The notes under the pieces were generated by a model, which was not told the origin of the DNA, ran no database searches, and saw only the letters and a program-made list of their open reading frames with translations. A stretch of DNA of 64,000 bases, from assembly GCF_964204645.1 (NCBI RefSeq), contig NC_134032.1:14744275-14808274 (forward strand), in the 5' to 3' direction. Shown here one piece after another: positions 26,401 to 38,500 of the stretch (the first letter of the stretch is position 1; each line of letters starts with the position of its first letter). A program made the position numbers and the translations under genes. The DNA comes from Tubulanus polymorphus. Taxonomy: Eukaryota > Animalia > Nemertea.

Positions 26401-28692
26401 AAAAGGTAACTTGATATACATGAATTTATTACGATTAATTCTTATTGAAATATTTGGTCATTACAGGATATCTTCTTTTAATCATTGCAGCTAATTTTCA
26501 ACTATGCGAAAAAACCCAGCTTGCGATCGATCAACTGCTCGTCCAAAATCGACCAACTTGAACAGCGCACGAGGCCAACAGAATCAAACTCATTAACCAA
26601 TCAACTAATAAGATAATCGCCAATAATGAAACCAGCAATCATAAAAGGTAACTTGATGTACATGAAATTATAACGATTAATTCTTATTGAAATATTTGGT
26701 CATTACAGGATATCTTCTTTTAATCATTGCAGCTAAATTTCAACTATGCGAAAAAACCCAGCTTGAGATCAACTACTCGTCCAAAATCGACCAACTTGAA
26801 CAGCGCATGAGGCCTACAGAATCGAACTCATTAACCAACCAACTAATAAGATAATTGCCAATAACAAAACAAGCAATCATAAAAGGTAACTTGATATACA
26901 TGAAATTATTACGATTAATTCTTATTGAAATATTTGGTCATTACAGGATATCTTCTTTTAATCATTGCAGCTAAATTTCAACTATGCGAAAAAACCCAGC
27001 TTGAGATCAACTGCTCGTCCAAAATCGACCAACTTGAACAGCGCACAGATGAGGCCAACAGAATCGAACTTATTAACCCACCAACTTTAGATGATCCACA
27101 CTGATAACGAACCAAGCAATCAAAAGGTAACTTGATATACATGAAATTATTACGATTAATTCTTATTGAAATATTTTGTCATTACAGGATATCTTCTTTT
27201 AATTATTGCAGCTACATTTCAACTACGCGAAAAAACCCAGTTTGAGAACAACTACTCGTCAAAAATCAACCAACTTGAACAGCGCACAGCCAACTAGGAT
27301 CGAACTCATTAACCAATCAACTAATAAGATAATCGCCAATAATGAAACCAGCAATCATAAAAGGTAACTTGATATACATGAAATTATTACGATTAATTCT
27401 TATTGAAATATTTGGTCATTACAGGATATCTTCTTTTAATCATTGCAGCTAAATTTCAACAATGCGAAAAAACCCAGCTTGAGATCAACTGCTCGTCCAA
27501 AATCAACCAACTTGAACAGCGCACAGCCAACTAGGATCGAACTCATTAACCAATCAACTAATAAGATAATCGCCGATAACGAAACCAGCAATCATAAAAG
27601 GTAACTTGATATACATGAATTTATTACGATTAATTCTTATTGAAATATTTGGTCATTACAGGATATCTTCTTTTAATCATTGCAGCTAATTTTCAACTAT
27701 GCGAAAAAACCCAGCTTGCGATCGATCAACTGCTCGTCCAAAATCGACCAACTTGAACAGCGCACGAGGCCAACAGAATCAAACTCATTAACCAATCAAC
27801 TAATAAGATAATCGCCAATAATGAAACCAGCAATCATAAAAGGTAACTTGATGTACATGAAATTATAACGATTAATTCTTATTGAAATATTTGGTCATTA
27901 CAGGATATCTTCTTTTAATCATTGCAGCTAAATTTCAACTATGCGAAAAAACCCAGCTTGAGATCAACTACTCGTCCAAAATCGACCAACTTTAACAGCG
28001 CATGAGGCCTACAGAATCGAACTCATTAACCAACCAACTAATAAGATAATTGCCAATAACAAAACAAGCAATCATAAAAGGTAACTTGATATACATGAAA
28101 TTATTACGATTAATTCTTATTGAAATATTTGGTCATTACAGGATATCTTCTTTTAATCATTGCAGCTAAATTTCAACTATGCGAAAAAACCCAGCTTGAG
28201 ATCAACTGCTCGTCCAAAATCGACCAACTTGAACAGCGCACAGATGAGGCCAACAGAATCGAACTTATTAACCCACCAACTTTAGATGATCCACACTGAT
28301 AACGAACCAAGCAATCAAAAGGTAACTTGATAAACATGAAATTATTACGATTAATTCTTATTGAAATATTTTGTCATTACAGGATATCTTCTTTTAATTA
28401 TTGCAGCTAAATTTCAACTATAAGAAGAAACCCAGCTTGAGATCAATTACTCGTCCAAAATCGACCAACTTGAACAGCGCACGAGGCTTACAGAATCGAA
28501 CTCATTAACCAACCAACTTAAGATGATCCACACCGATAACGAACCAAGGAATCATAAAAGGTAACTTGATATACATGAAATTATTACGATTAATTCTTAT
28601 TGAAATATTTGGTCATTACAGGATATCTTCTTTTAATTATTGCAGCTAAATTTCAACTATAAGAAGAAACCCAGCTTGAGATCAATTACTCA
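23490..28692 (+). repeat. Tandem array of ~240-bp intron+exon units (22 copies) with a 5-unit higher-order duplication
   Basis: Each unit is AAAG|GTAACT...~85 nt...TTTTAATCATTGCAG| followed by ~155 nt. Diagnostic variants (e.g. TTGCGATCGATC at ~26521 and ~27716) recur at ~1195 bp. Confidence 0.92.
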
Positions 28693-31600
28693 TCAGAAAA
28701 TCTACAAGTAGATGAATACTGATTGACCCATTTGCTGATGAAAACTGCAGAAGCCAAGATTAGAAGTTGAGGAGCCAGCAACGGATTAATCACTCAACGA
28801 TGGATTCTTCTACAAACGGTGGTTGATTTCTATAGAATATTCTATCAGGAGCAGCAGAGACTATAGTGAATCTTATAAACACTGATTCAGGATAAGCACT
28901 GTTTTAAAAGCAGCATAGACAATAGTGCATCTTATTAAGAGCAGCATAAACAATAGTGCATCTTATAAACACTGAAATCCAGGAGCGGCAAAGACAATAA
29001 CGGATTTCTGTCGTAAAGTATTGATTTTTTTACTTATTACCCTTTTTCAAACCAGTCTGATATAGTGTTTTAAAGGAAATTATTTTATAATGTTTAATGC
29101 AATTTGAGAGTCTAATAAAAGCTAAGCTCCATTAATTCACGATATTGGTATTCGATCCTTGGTTGATAGAGAAGTCAAGTTAGGTTAGTCACTAGGGGTA
29201 AATGGTTGCGTCGAGCGCCTTGTTTGGGCTCGCAGGTCTGTTGAGTTAACTCCTAAACTGAGATATAGTTTCAACATGATATTGTGAGTTTAATCTTTAA
29301 ACCTTACCATTGTTTAAACATAGTCAACGATGACTATTTGTCTGTGGAGGTATCATATAGTTATGAAACATAGAACATAACGTTAGGCCAGTGTTGATGT
29401 ACAAATATTAAGTATTTGCTGAATTGTAGGTGTATTAATTTGATGGATATATATTTTCGATGTAACTGATTTCACAATTGAATCGTATATGTCGATTTTC
29501 ACATCGAGTTTTAACTTTGAGCCTCCATCAATCTGTTTGATGATCATAGCTATGTATTTGAAATCAAAAGCTTTATTTAAAAGGAGACCATTATTTACAT
29601 TTGAGAGGTTAAGCTAGGAATAACAAGGCATAAAGTTATAGCTAGGACTAATTTTGAACGTTTTAACATCGTTTATAGCTGTTTGAACTTCTTTTATTGT
29701 AATGGGTAAATCCATATCACGAGATGGCTCTCGTGAATTATCACTTAGCTTCAAATTGGGTGTATAATGATTATTAAGAAGTGGCAGTGAATCGGTAGTG
29801 CTTTTCTAAAATAGGCCCAGAAACTTTACAGCGAAAAAATGCCTGCAGTTGTAAATAGAGGAGTATAAATAATACATAATACAAACTACAAGTACATAAA
29901 TTAATAAAAAGATAAATAAAAAAAACCAATAAATAATAAGTAGTAAAAAATACAAAATACAAGTACAAACATAAATAGATAATATTAAAAAATAGATAAA
30001 AATAATAAACAACAATAGAAACAAACAACAAATTAATATTCTATTTACATGAAAAGGCATTTTTTCAAATATTTATCAACAAGGTTCTTCATTTATCGAA
30101 CAACCTTCCCTAAGAATAGCGAAAACCCCAGATCTTTTCTGTTGTCATTCAAAGCATTCTATCGGACTCAGTTATTGTAATGAACAAAACAAATAACCAT
30201 AAACCTTAACTAAATCGAACACACTTAAGAAAATAACTGATATGATAGAATGCTTTGAATAACTGTGATGAAAGATCTACCGTCCTATGAACTAGCCGCG
30301 CTCAATCACTGCTGTGACTGTTTATTGTTATACTGGGGCAGACTTACGGGGCAGACTTACTATCTAAAATCTGGTAAATACATTTTACTTTTAAAAGGAA
30401 TGTAAAACAGCTATAAACTTATGTTATTGGTTATTGATTAGTTACCGATTGTATGATTATGTTGATGTTTTTGGAGCTGCCAGAAAAAAACATCAGAATA
30501 CTTAGTATTTAATGCCAAGGTGCTTGGACATCTTTAAGTCAGGGCAAAGTAGGCAAAATTCTAGTTTTCTAGTGAAAGTAATGATTAGTTGATACTTAGA
30601 TTTCCAGAGTCAATCTGTATGTTCCATCTCTAGTTTTAATGCTCTATGTTGGAGACTGTTATTGTAACACATAACGCATGTTTGGAAATTAGGAACTTGC
30701 AGGACGATTCCTCGTTTAATAAGATATAATTGTTGTGTGAATAAAACGATGTACATTTCCATCATTCATGTTGAAACTTTTAAGTTGTTAATTTCTATAG
30801 CAACAATTCCACTGTGGTGCTTTTCAGTGGTTCATAAAATACTGATAGAATGGAAGGAGCAGTTTCTTGATAGGCTCTGTGTCTGTGTGTGGCCTGTAAT
30901 ATCTGGACAAGAAGAATTTCTGATCTTTATATAGAGTTGTATTTATATCTACTATCAAGTTGAATAATATAAATTAAGTTGCCGTAGCTTCGTCAGTCAA
31001 ACCATATTTATTTGAAGATACTCGATTTATCTTAGATCATCACGAAGAAAAAGCTTTATAATAGTTTGCAGGGTTTGATCTAAGGAACAAATGCCAGTTG
31101 ACCTTGGGGCAAGCATATGTAATATCACTTGCCCCCTCAAAAATCAACTTGCCCTACATGAGTAGTCCGATTGAGACCCAATCATCCCTTGCATCGATTG
31201 GGATAAAAGCTTTGAGATATAGAATTACACGTGCCCGGTGGACAAGTGATTGTGATAACCTACATGCCCTAATGAAAATTTACTTGTCCTGGGCAATTGG
31301 ACTAGTGCTTAAATCAGACCCTGCTTTGCTTCAAATGTAACATTTGTGAAATAAGAAATCTCTCAGACGAGGAAATTTTTCGCAATGGCTTTAGTTTTCT
31401 TGTAATAACTAAGATTAATTAGTTTACCTTACACTTTCCAGAGTGAGTGAATTTGTAGGTTTTATGTTGAACTGTTTTTTAAATAACTCATTTAGCGGGG
31501 TATAATTGTTGTGAAAGAATAAAATGATATACATGTTTCGTCATTCATACTGTGGTGTTCATCAATGGTTCATAAAATACTATTTTCATTAAGGCCCTTA

Positions 31601-32719
31601 TGGAAAATAGAGTAGCAAAATAGAGGAGCAGTCTCTTGATAAATGAGGATATATGAACAGTATTAATCTGTAGATTATGCTAGCTATGGACTCTAAAACC
31701 ATGGTTTAACAATGTCTATATGGGTTCTGAAATATCTGCACAAGCAGCACCTCAAAAAGTTATTTATTGAATCTTAACTTAATTGTAGCAAAGCCATTAT
31801 CATCGATTTATATACTCTTGTTGAATGCATAGAAGAGAATACCTCAAAAATACTTTGCATTAAATGTAACATTTGAGAAAATAACCAATTAGATAATGTC
31901 TTGAAACCTCTTAAAGACAAGGCAAAGTTGGCAAAGCTATCTTGTAAAAAAATGTTCATGAAAATCAAATCAAAAGACTGTTTAGTTAAACTTATCTTAA
32001 GCTTTCCAGATTGAATTTGTGGTTTTATCTCCGGTTATAATGTTTTTATGTTGGTGACTTTTTCAAAATACAGGTCACGTTTTTGTAAATGACTGAGGCA
32101 CTTCCTCCAGTAGATGTACCTGTCATTTAGGTATAATTGTTGTTGTGGAGATCAAATAACATGTTCATGTCAATTGTTCATAAAACGTTTTTATTTATAA
32201 AGGTCCTATCGAATAAAGTTGAGTTTTTTCTCGATGAATGAGATGTCCTCAATCAATGTCATTTGAAAAGTTGACATGATAGATTTATATTTCATGAAAT
32301 ATAACAAAGTGATGGTTATATTGACCTCATGAATTGTCAAATTCATAATCTTAGACTAGTCAAATTTTCGGTTTTTTATGGATCAAAGTTTATAATTCTT
32401 TGTGTATTTTTGTTATTTTCCTATTGATGCAAATTGTATGAATCAGCTGTAGTGGAAATGTATCGTAGGACTTATAAATACCTAACATGTAACTTTGTTT
32501 TAAGTTAGTACAATTTCATACATAGTAATAGAAATAAATTACTATTAAAATTTGAGAAGATCAGCTAAAAGTTAATAATATGACATGTGAAAATAAAATG
32601 ATGTAAAGAATGTAAATCAGATTGATTACTTAATCCTACGCTTTCCAGAGTATTTGGCCAGGTTTATCTCTGGTTTTAGTGCGGGGAGCCATGGACTCAC
32701 GGTTTAAGAGTCCATGGTT
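28084..32719. repeat. Segmental direct repeat, copy B
   Basis: Aligns by eye with 1-4963 and lacks the 3406-3608 insertion. Confidence 0.95.
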
Positions 32720-35588
32720 GTGGGCCATAGACGTTTCTGTTTTAGAGTCTATGGTTGGACCATAGGCTATAAACTCTCGTTTATAGTTTATACGCCTATG
32801 GTGGTTGGACTAGTTGTTTTTGAAAGTCCACGTGTTTGAGGAGCTTACGTTATAATTCCTCGAGCACAAACCTGGCATTTTGTATAATTGTTGTATGAGA
32901 ATAAATATGATTGATTTTGAAAGTTGTCATTCGTTTAGTTAAGCAACAAGTGTTACTAAAACGAAGACTATATGCACCCGAGAAAACCGACCAGGCAATT
33001 TACGTTTCCGGCAGAGGTGGCACAGAGCGCCCCAAGTGATGATTTCTTCGGACTTCTTTTTAGTCATGCATAGTTCTAATACCCCAAAGTGCATAGGTCT
33101 TCGTTTTAGTAGCGCATTGTTTTTAGTAACACCCCCATTTCACTGCCCTGCTGTAAAATTAACTGCTTTTCACGGCCGGCCCGTGAATCATTTTCACGAA
33201 CCCAGGGCCACCTTCGGTTATCTGAGTTAGTCGACTATAGTCGAACTAAAGGAAACCGAACGTCCATTAGTCGGAACTGTTCCGGAAAATCAAGCGCATT
33301 CGGTTATTAGTCTAGTACATAGCCGTTGTTCCTCAAACAACGTAGGGAACCGTAACAACGACTGGTATTCAGACTAATTCGGTTATTAGTTCCATTGATC
33401 GCTTTAAAGTCGATTTTTACACCAATGAAGAAAGAAACTCGACCAAAACTATCAGGTAACGCTTCTGCGGGCACCTGTACTACGTGTGGCTTCGAAAATA
33501 TCGATATACAATTCAGGATGTCTCCGTTACAGCGCTGTCTAAATCTACCCTGCTTGAAGGAACCTCGTCAATCGACAACAACAACGAACTTGAGATGGAT
33601 AAACCAATCTCTACTGTCACTGACATACTGAACTGAACCAGCCATGCAGCAGAGGCCACGACTCTGGCAATTTGTTTGTTCACGTAAATTGATTAATTTA
33701 TTATTCTGAACGTGACACTGAACATTAGCAGTCAATTTCATTGTGGTGAAAATATAATACGACAGGTAACTTCACTTCAGTCTTTTAAAACTTGTGAACA
33801 GTAAATGAATACTTATTTAAAAATATTCTGTTGATTGTCTATTGTAGGTCATTGATTGTGTTCTGATGAAGATTTCTTAAGAATTAGAAGTTATACGTTT
33901 TGAATTGCTCAACATGCACAGAATGAATTGTTTTTGTATCATGGTCAGTTTGAAAAACGGATGAAAGATGAATTGAAAAGTCAATCCAGGTTTAATTGTT
34001 AGTATATCTATATTGATTTCAGAAAGTATCAATCACGAATCAAAGAGATTAAACGAATCCAGCACTTATCGTCATGAAATCCAAATAACGGTGAAACTCC
34101 TAGATTCTGATACAGTGATGAGGTTTAAAGAGCTGGAATTTATGAATAACTACACGAGCGAGCCTTCAATTGGAATTGAGATTGGATTGAGGCCTACTTT
34201 CTGGTCAAGACTTGGTCTTTGTGATTCTAGTTAAGTTAGAGATATCAGTATCATTCTGTTGTCACACAATTTGCAATGTCACAAAATACGTATGTCACCG
34301 TCTTGTCAGGCTGTCTGTATATTGAATAAGATTTTGTACTAGAAGTGGACAGATTAGCAGTAAAAAGAATTTGTCGCGATGGATTTTATACTCAATTTCT
34401 AGCAAAAATCATGTTTGGTCCATGAGGAGAGAAAAATATTGCGAATACCCAGATCATCTGGATTACTGTTCTTTCCAAAGTATGTCCCAACTCACTGTCT
34501 GTATCGAGAATATAAGTAGAGATGCTGCGGTGGATCCAAATATCTGATCTCACAAAAACACTGACAAGGAGTTCAACTATTGTAAACTTTATTCAGACTA
34601 TAGTCATTTTCACATCTTCGTAAACACAACAATTCACTGAATATATTCCATAAACGGTTGATAAAGAAAGCATGTCCCCCTTCGGCCAAGTTCCTTCAGA
34701 ATGCCTATCACAGCTGAGCCCTTTTTCTTACCTACAAAATGAGATTCAGTTGTCTGTTTGAATTCCGAGCGGATTAATTCGATACTTACAGCAATTAATG
34801 CCTTTTCATCGGTCTTTAAATTTCCTTTTGTTTGCTGTTTACATTTATGATTCATAGATTATCTCCTGATTAGGATGAGGAGATCAACCGGTCTCTAACT
34901 GAAGGTAGAGACCGGCAACCAGTCTACATATTGAGTGGGACAGGCAACCAGTCTAGGCTCTCTTCACCATCTCGGTGTAGCAGCAGCAGCAGCAGCAGCG
35001 ATGCCCGAATGTAATTCAGCCTCCAAATGTTAAACTAACTGATCAATTTTAATCATTAACACGTAGTAATGAACGAACAGTCGGTGATTGTCGGTATGGA
35101 TGCATGATCGCCATCTATTGGAATTTCACTGAACTAACACTTTCTACGATGTCGTCCGTGAATTCGCGTTTTCCCGGCCTTATGCACATGCGCCATCTAC
35201 GTGATACACAGAGAACTACAATTAATGAGATGTAACGTCGTAGACTGGGTTCGAACCCGGGACACCACCGTTCATCTTACGAAACTTGTCCAAGTGAATC
35301 CCGCATATTCCTTACAATTGACCGAGTCAAGAGCGAAGCTATTTTTCAGTTCCAATGGGACACATCATCGCCCACAGACGAGGCTTGAACCAGGGACACA
35401 CTAAACCATCCTCTCCGACAATATAGATCGGATTCGAACCCGAGAGACAACTGATAATCCTTCTCACTCCTCAATTCACTCCGAACATGTTTCAAACACA
35501 ACAAAAAATATCAAATGTTTTCATAATTTTTTTTTTCTATTTGCTGTTTATAATACAATATGACAGTTTTTTGACGACTGCGCACATT

Positions 35589-38500
35589 TTATTTTCCTTT
35601 TTTGGCCTTGATTTTTCTGTTGTAAAACTCGAGCTCTTTGCCTTCAAGGATGTATCCGTCTGCACGTCCGCTCTGTCCCGGTCGTGACGACACACACGCT
35701 GCGAAAATAAAAATATATTAACGTCAATTTCATCTGGTCAAATAGTCAACCCCCACCTGATGCACAGCCGCATCAGTGATGATTTAGGGGGGTGCAGAGA
35801 CAGGGTGACCATTTTCGGGCCCATTCACAAAATTCCCTGTGAATGAATCAGTGAAATTTCTTGGTTCGAAATCTACGATTCGTTCATCTTTCATTGAATC
35901 AGTTGGGCTGTGAGGTTTATTAGTTGTAGAAGACCGATGAGGTCCTCGCTAGCCGATCGGTCAATCTCTATTCTAAATATGTAGTGTTTTTGTTTATTGG
36001 TAGTCAGAGTAACTATGACAGTTATAGCAGATCTTCGGAAATGAAAGTATTGTCAAAACGACAAATCAAAACCTCACTACGTATTTAAAATTTCATCATT
36101 CTACCAAAACAGGTCAAATTCATTTATATTTCTATCACACTTATGTTTCAATCTCAAAACCACAAATAAATCACTCAAAATTTACTTCAAACATTGACAA
36201 GTTACAAGTTCCTAATGCCCAGTTTTTCACTAATAATCTTCCTCAAAGAATGAGTCCTTGTCTCACAGAGCTAATTAATTCAGGGGGGGGGGGTGCAGTC
36301 TGAACAACAATGGGTTATTATCAGATGAATTTAGTACCTATAAACAGGCTGAGCTTATTTCAATGAAGATATTACTCTGTGTATAAATGAAGTGGTAGTC
36401 AGTGTAACTATGACTTGATATCTTATTAATCTTTGGCGATAAATCAAATGTCAAAACGACAATTTAAACACCTCATTAAAAAGTTGCATCATCATTCTAC
36501 CACTTTACCAGAGTTCCCTGATTGTAAACACTACTTTACCAGAGTTCCCTGATAGTTAACACCACTTTACCAAGGTTCCCTGATTGTGAACACTACAGAG
36601 TTCCCTGATTATACCAAGGTTCCCTGATTGTGAACACTACAGAGTTCCCTGATTATAAATGCTACTTTCTGAGTTCCCTGATTATAAAGACCACTTCACC
36701 TAGGTTCCCTGATTGTGAACACTACAGAGTTCCCTGATTATACTAAGGTTCCCTGATTGTGAACACTGCACAGTTCCCTGATTATAAATGCTACTTTCTG
36801 AGTTCCCTGATTATAAAGACCACTTCACCTAGGTTCCCTGATTGTGAACACTACTGAGTTCCCTGATTATACTAAGGTTCCCTGATTGTGAACACTGCAG
36901 AGTTCCCTGATTATACCAAGGTTCCCTGATTGTGAACACTACAGAGTTCCCTGATTATAAACACTACTTTCTGAGTTCCCTGATTATGAAGACCACTTTA
37001 CCTAGGTTCCCTGATTGTGAACACTACAGAATCCCCTAATTGTAAACAGTACTGATTTTAAAAATACTCACCATAAACTTTACCAGTCGCAAATTGTTCC
37101 TCTAAAGCCGTTTCAACTTTAGCCATTTTCTTACGTTCGTCGTATTTTAGTTGTGTTTTTTTCGAGCGTTTCTTGTTTAAAACGGCTTCTTCTGCTTCGC
37201 TCTATAAAACAATAAATTAATAAATCGGTCAAACATGTACAGTTAGTATTATACCATGATAATTAAACAGTTTCAACAACCCTAGAATTTCAGCCCAAAA
37301 TAGAACTATTTAAATTATTTCGTACTCACAAAATCATAATCTAATCTCTTTAAAGAAATATAGAACTGAACAGTTGCAGACCACACACAAATATCCGCGC
37401 TGCCAGATTTTCAAATCCAGTTCAGTTATGATTTAATTTAGCATCATTTACAAACTAATTCACAAAGGAATTATTGTGAATTAGTGAAATACACATGATG
37501 CAAAATCTAATTACGACATTTATTCAAAGAGCCCAAAATGAAATAACCAAATGACCAAATGTTAATAATTTTCTACTTTAGATCGATTAAAAACACTTTG
37601 AATTGATTTTTACAATTGTCCCCAAGGGGCACTATGACCAGCCTGTCGGCTTTTCATAAACTGGCAAATGATGTCAAAAAACACTCCCTGCGAGTCCAAG
37701 GTCCAAGGGCCTTAGCTCTGGAAACCATGTCATTTAAATTCGCCGCATTTGTATAGTAATAGGCTCAGTCTAAGGCTGGCCTATAAATAATTTCACAGAC
37801 ATAACCGCTATTTATCTCAGATGAGTGGCCACCACCCGCGGCAGACTGAGAGGTAAACCTTGAATACTTACGAGTTTAGCGTGCTTCTTACGGCCGAGAG
37901 GTTGAGCGTAATGCGCCTCGTACCACTGGCGGAACGGAGCCGCGTCAATCTGTACGATCGCTCCTTTAACGAGCGTTTTAGTTCGAACCAGTTCGTTATT
38001 CGTAGCGTTGTAAACAACGTCGATTATACGTGTCTTACGAGCCTGACCTGAAATACAGTTTCAAATATCGATCAGTCGCTGAATAAAATCACAAGTGTGG
38101 CGGCCATTAACAGCCTTAAGTTCTGACTTTCTACAACCAATTTCACAATTTTACATTGTCAAGGTTTACCTTAACAACCAGCCTTAGTTCATCTTAGATC
38201 AATCTAACAACTTAACACCGATATAAGCTAATTTTGATTCTATAGCCAATCTTATTACTTTTGATCAGTCTAAGCTCATTTTAGTTTTATAGTCAATCTA
38301 ACAATTCAAGACCAGTCTCAGCTCATTTAAGTTCTATAACCAATCTAACAACTTTAGACCAGTCTAAATTCATTTTAGATCTATAACCAATCTAACAACT
38401 TAAGACCAGTCTAAGCTCATTTTGGTTCTATAACCAATCTTACACCTTAAGACCAGTCTAAGCTCATTTTAGTTCTATAACCAATCTAACAACTTAAGAA

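Noticed and set aside
23490-28692. CRISPR array or retrozyme interpretation of the 240-bp array
   Set aside because: Eukaryotic context, no unique spacers and no cas genes. The hammerhead-like CAGATGA..GAAC lacks the invariant CUGA and GAAA.
35220-35450. tRNA genes suggested by repeated GGTTCGAACC motifs (also ~13410, 13687, 61013)
   Set aside because: No cloverleaf or acceptor stem; more likely SINE debris.
37614-37851. Telomerase RNA, U17/snR30 or RNase P/MRP identity for the long intronic RNA
   Set aside because: No CCCUAA/CCUAA template on the transcribed strand, no AUAUUCCUA/AAACCAU motifs in sense orientation, and no CR-I/CR-V motifs.
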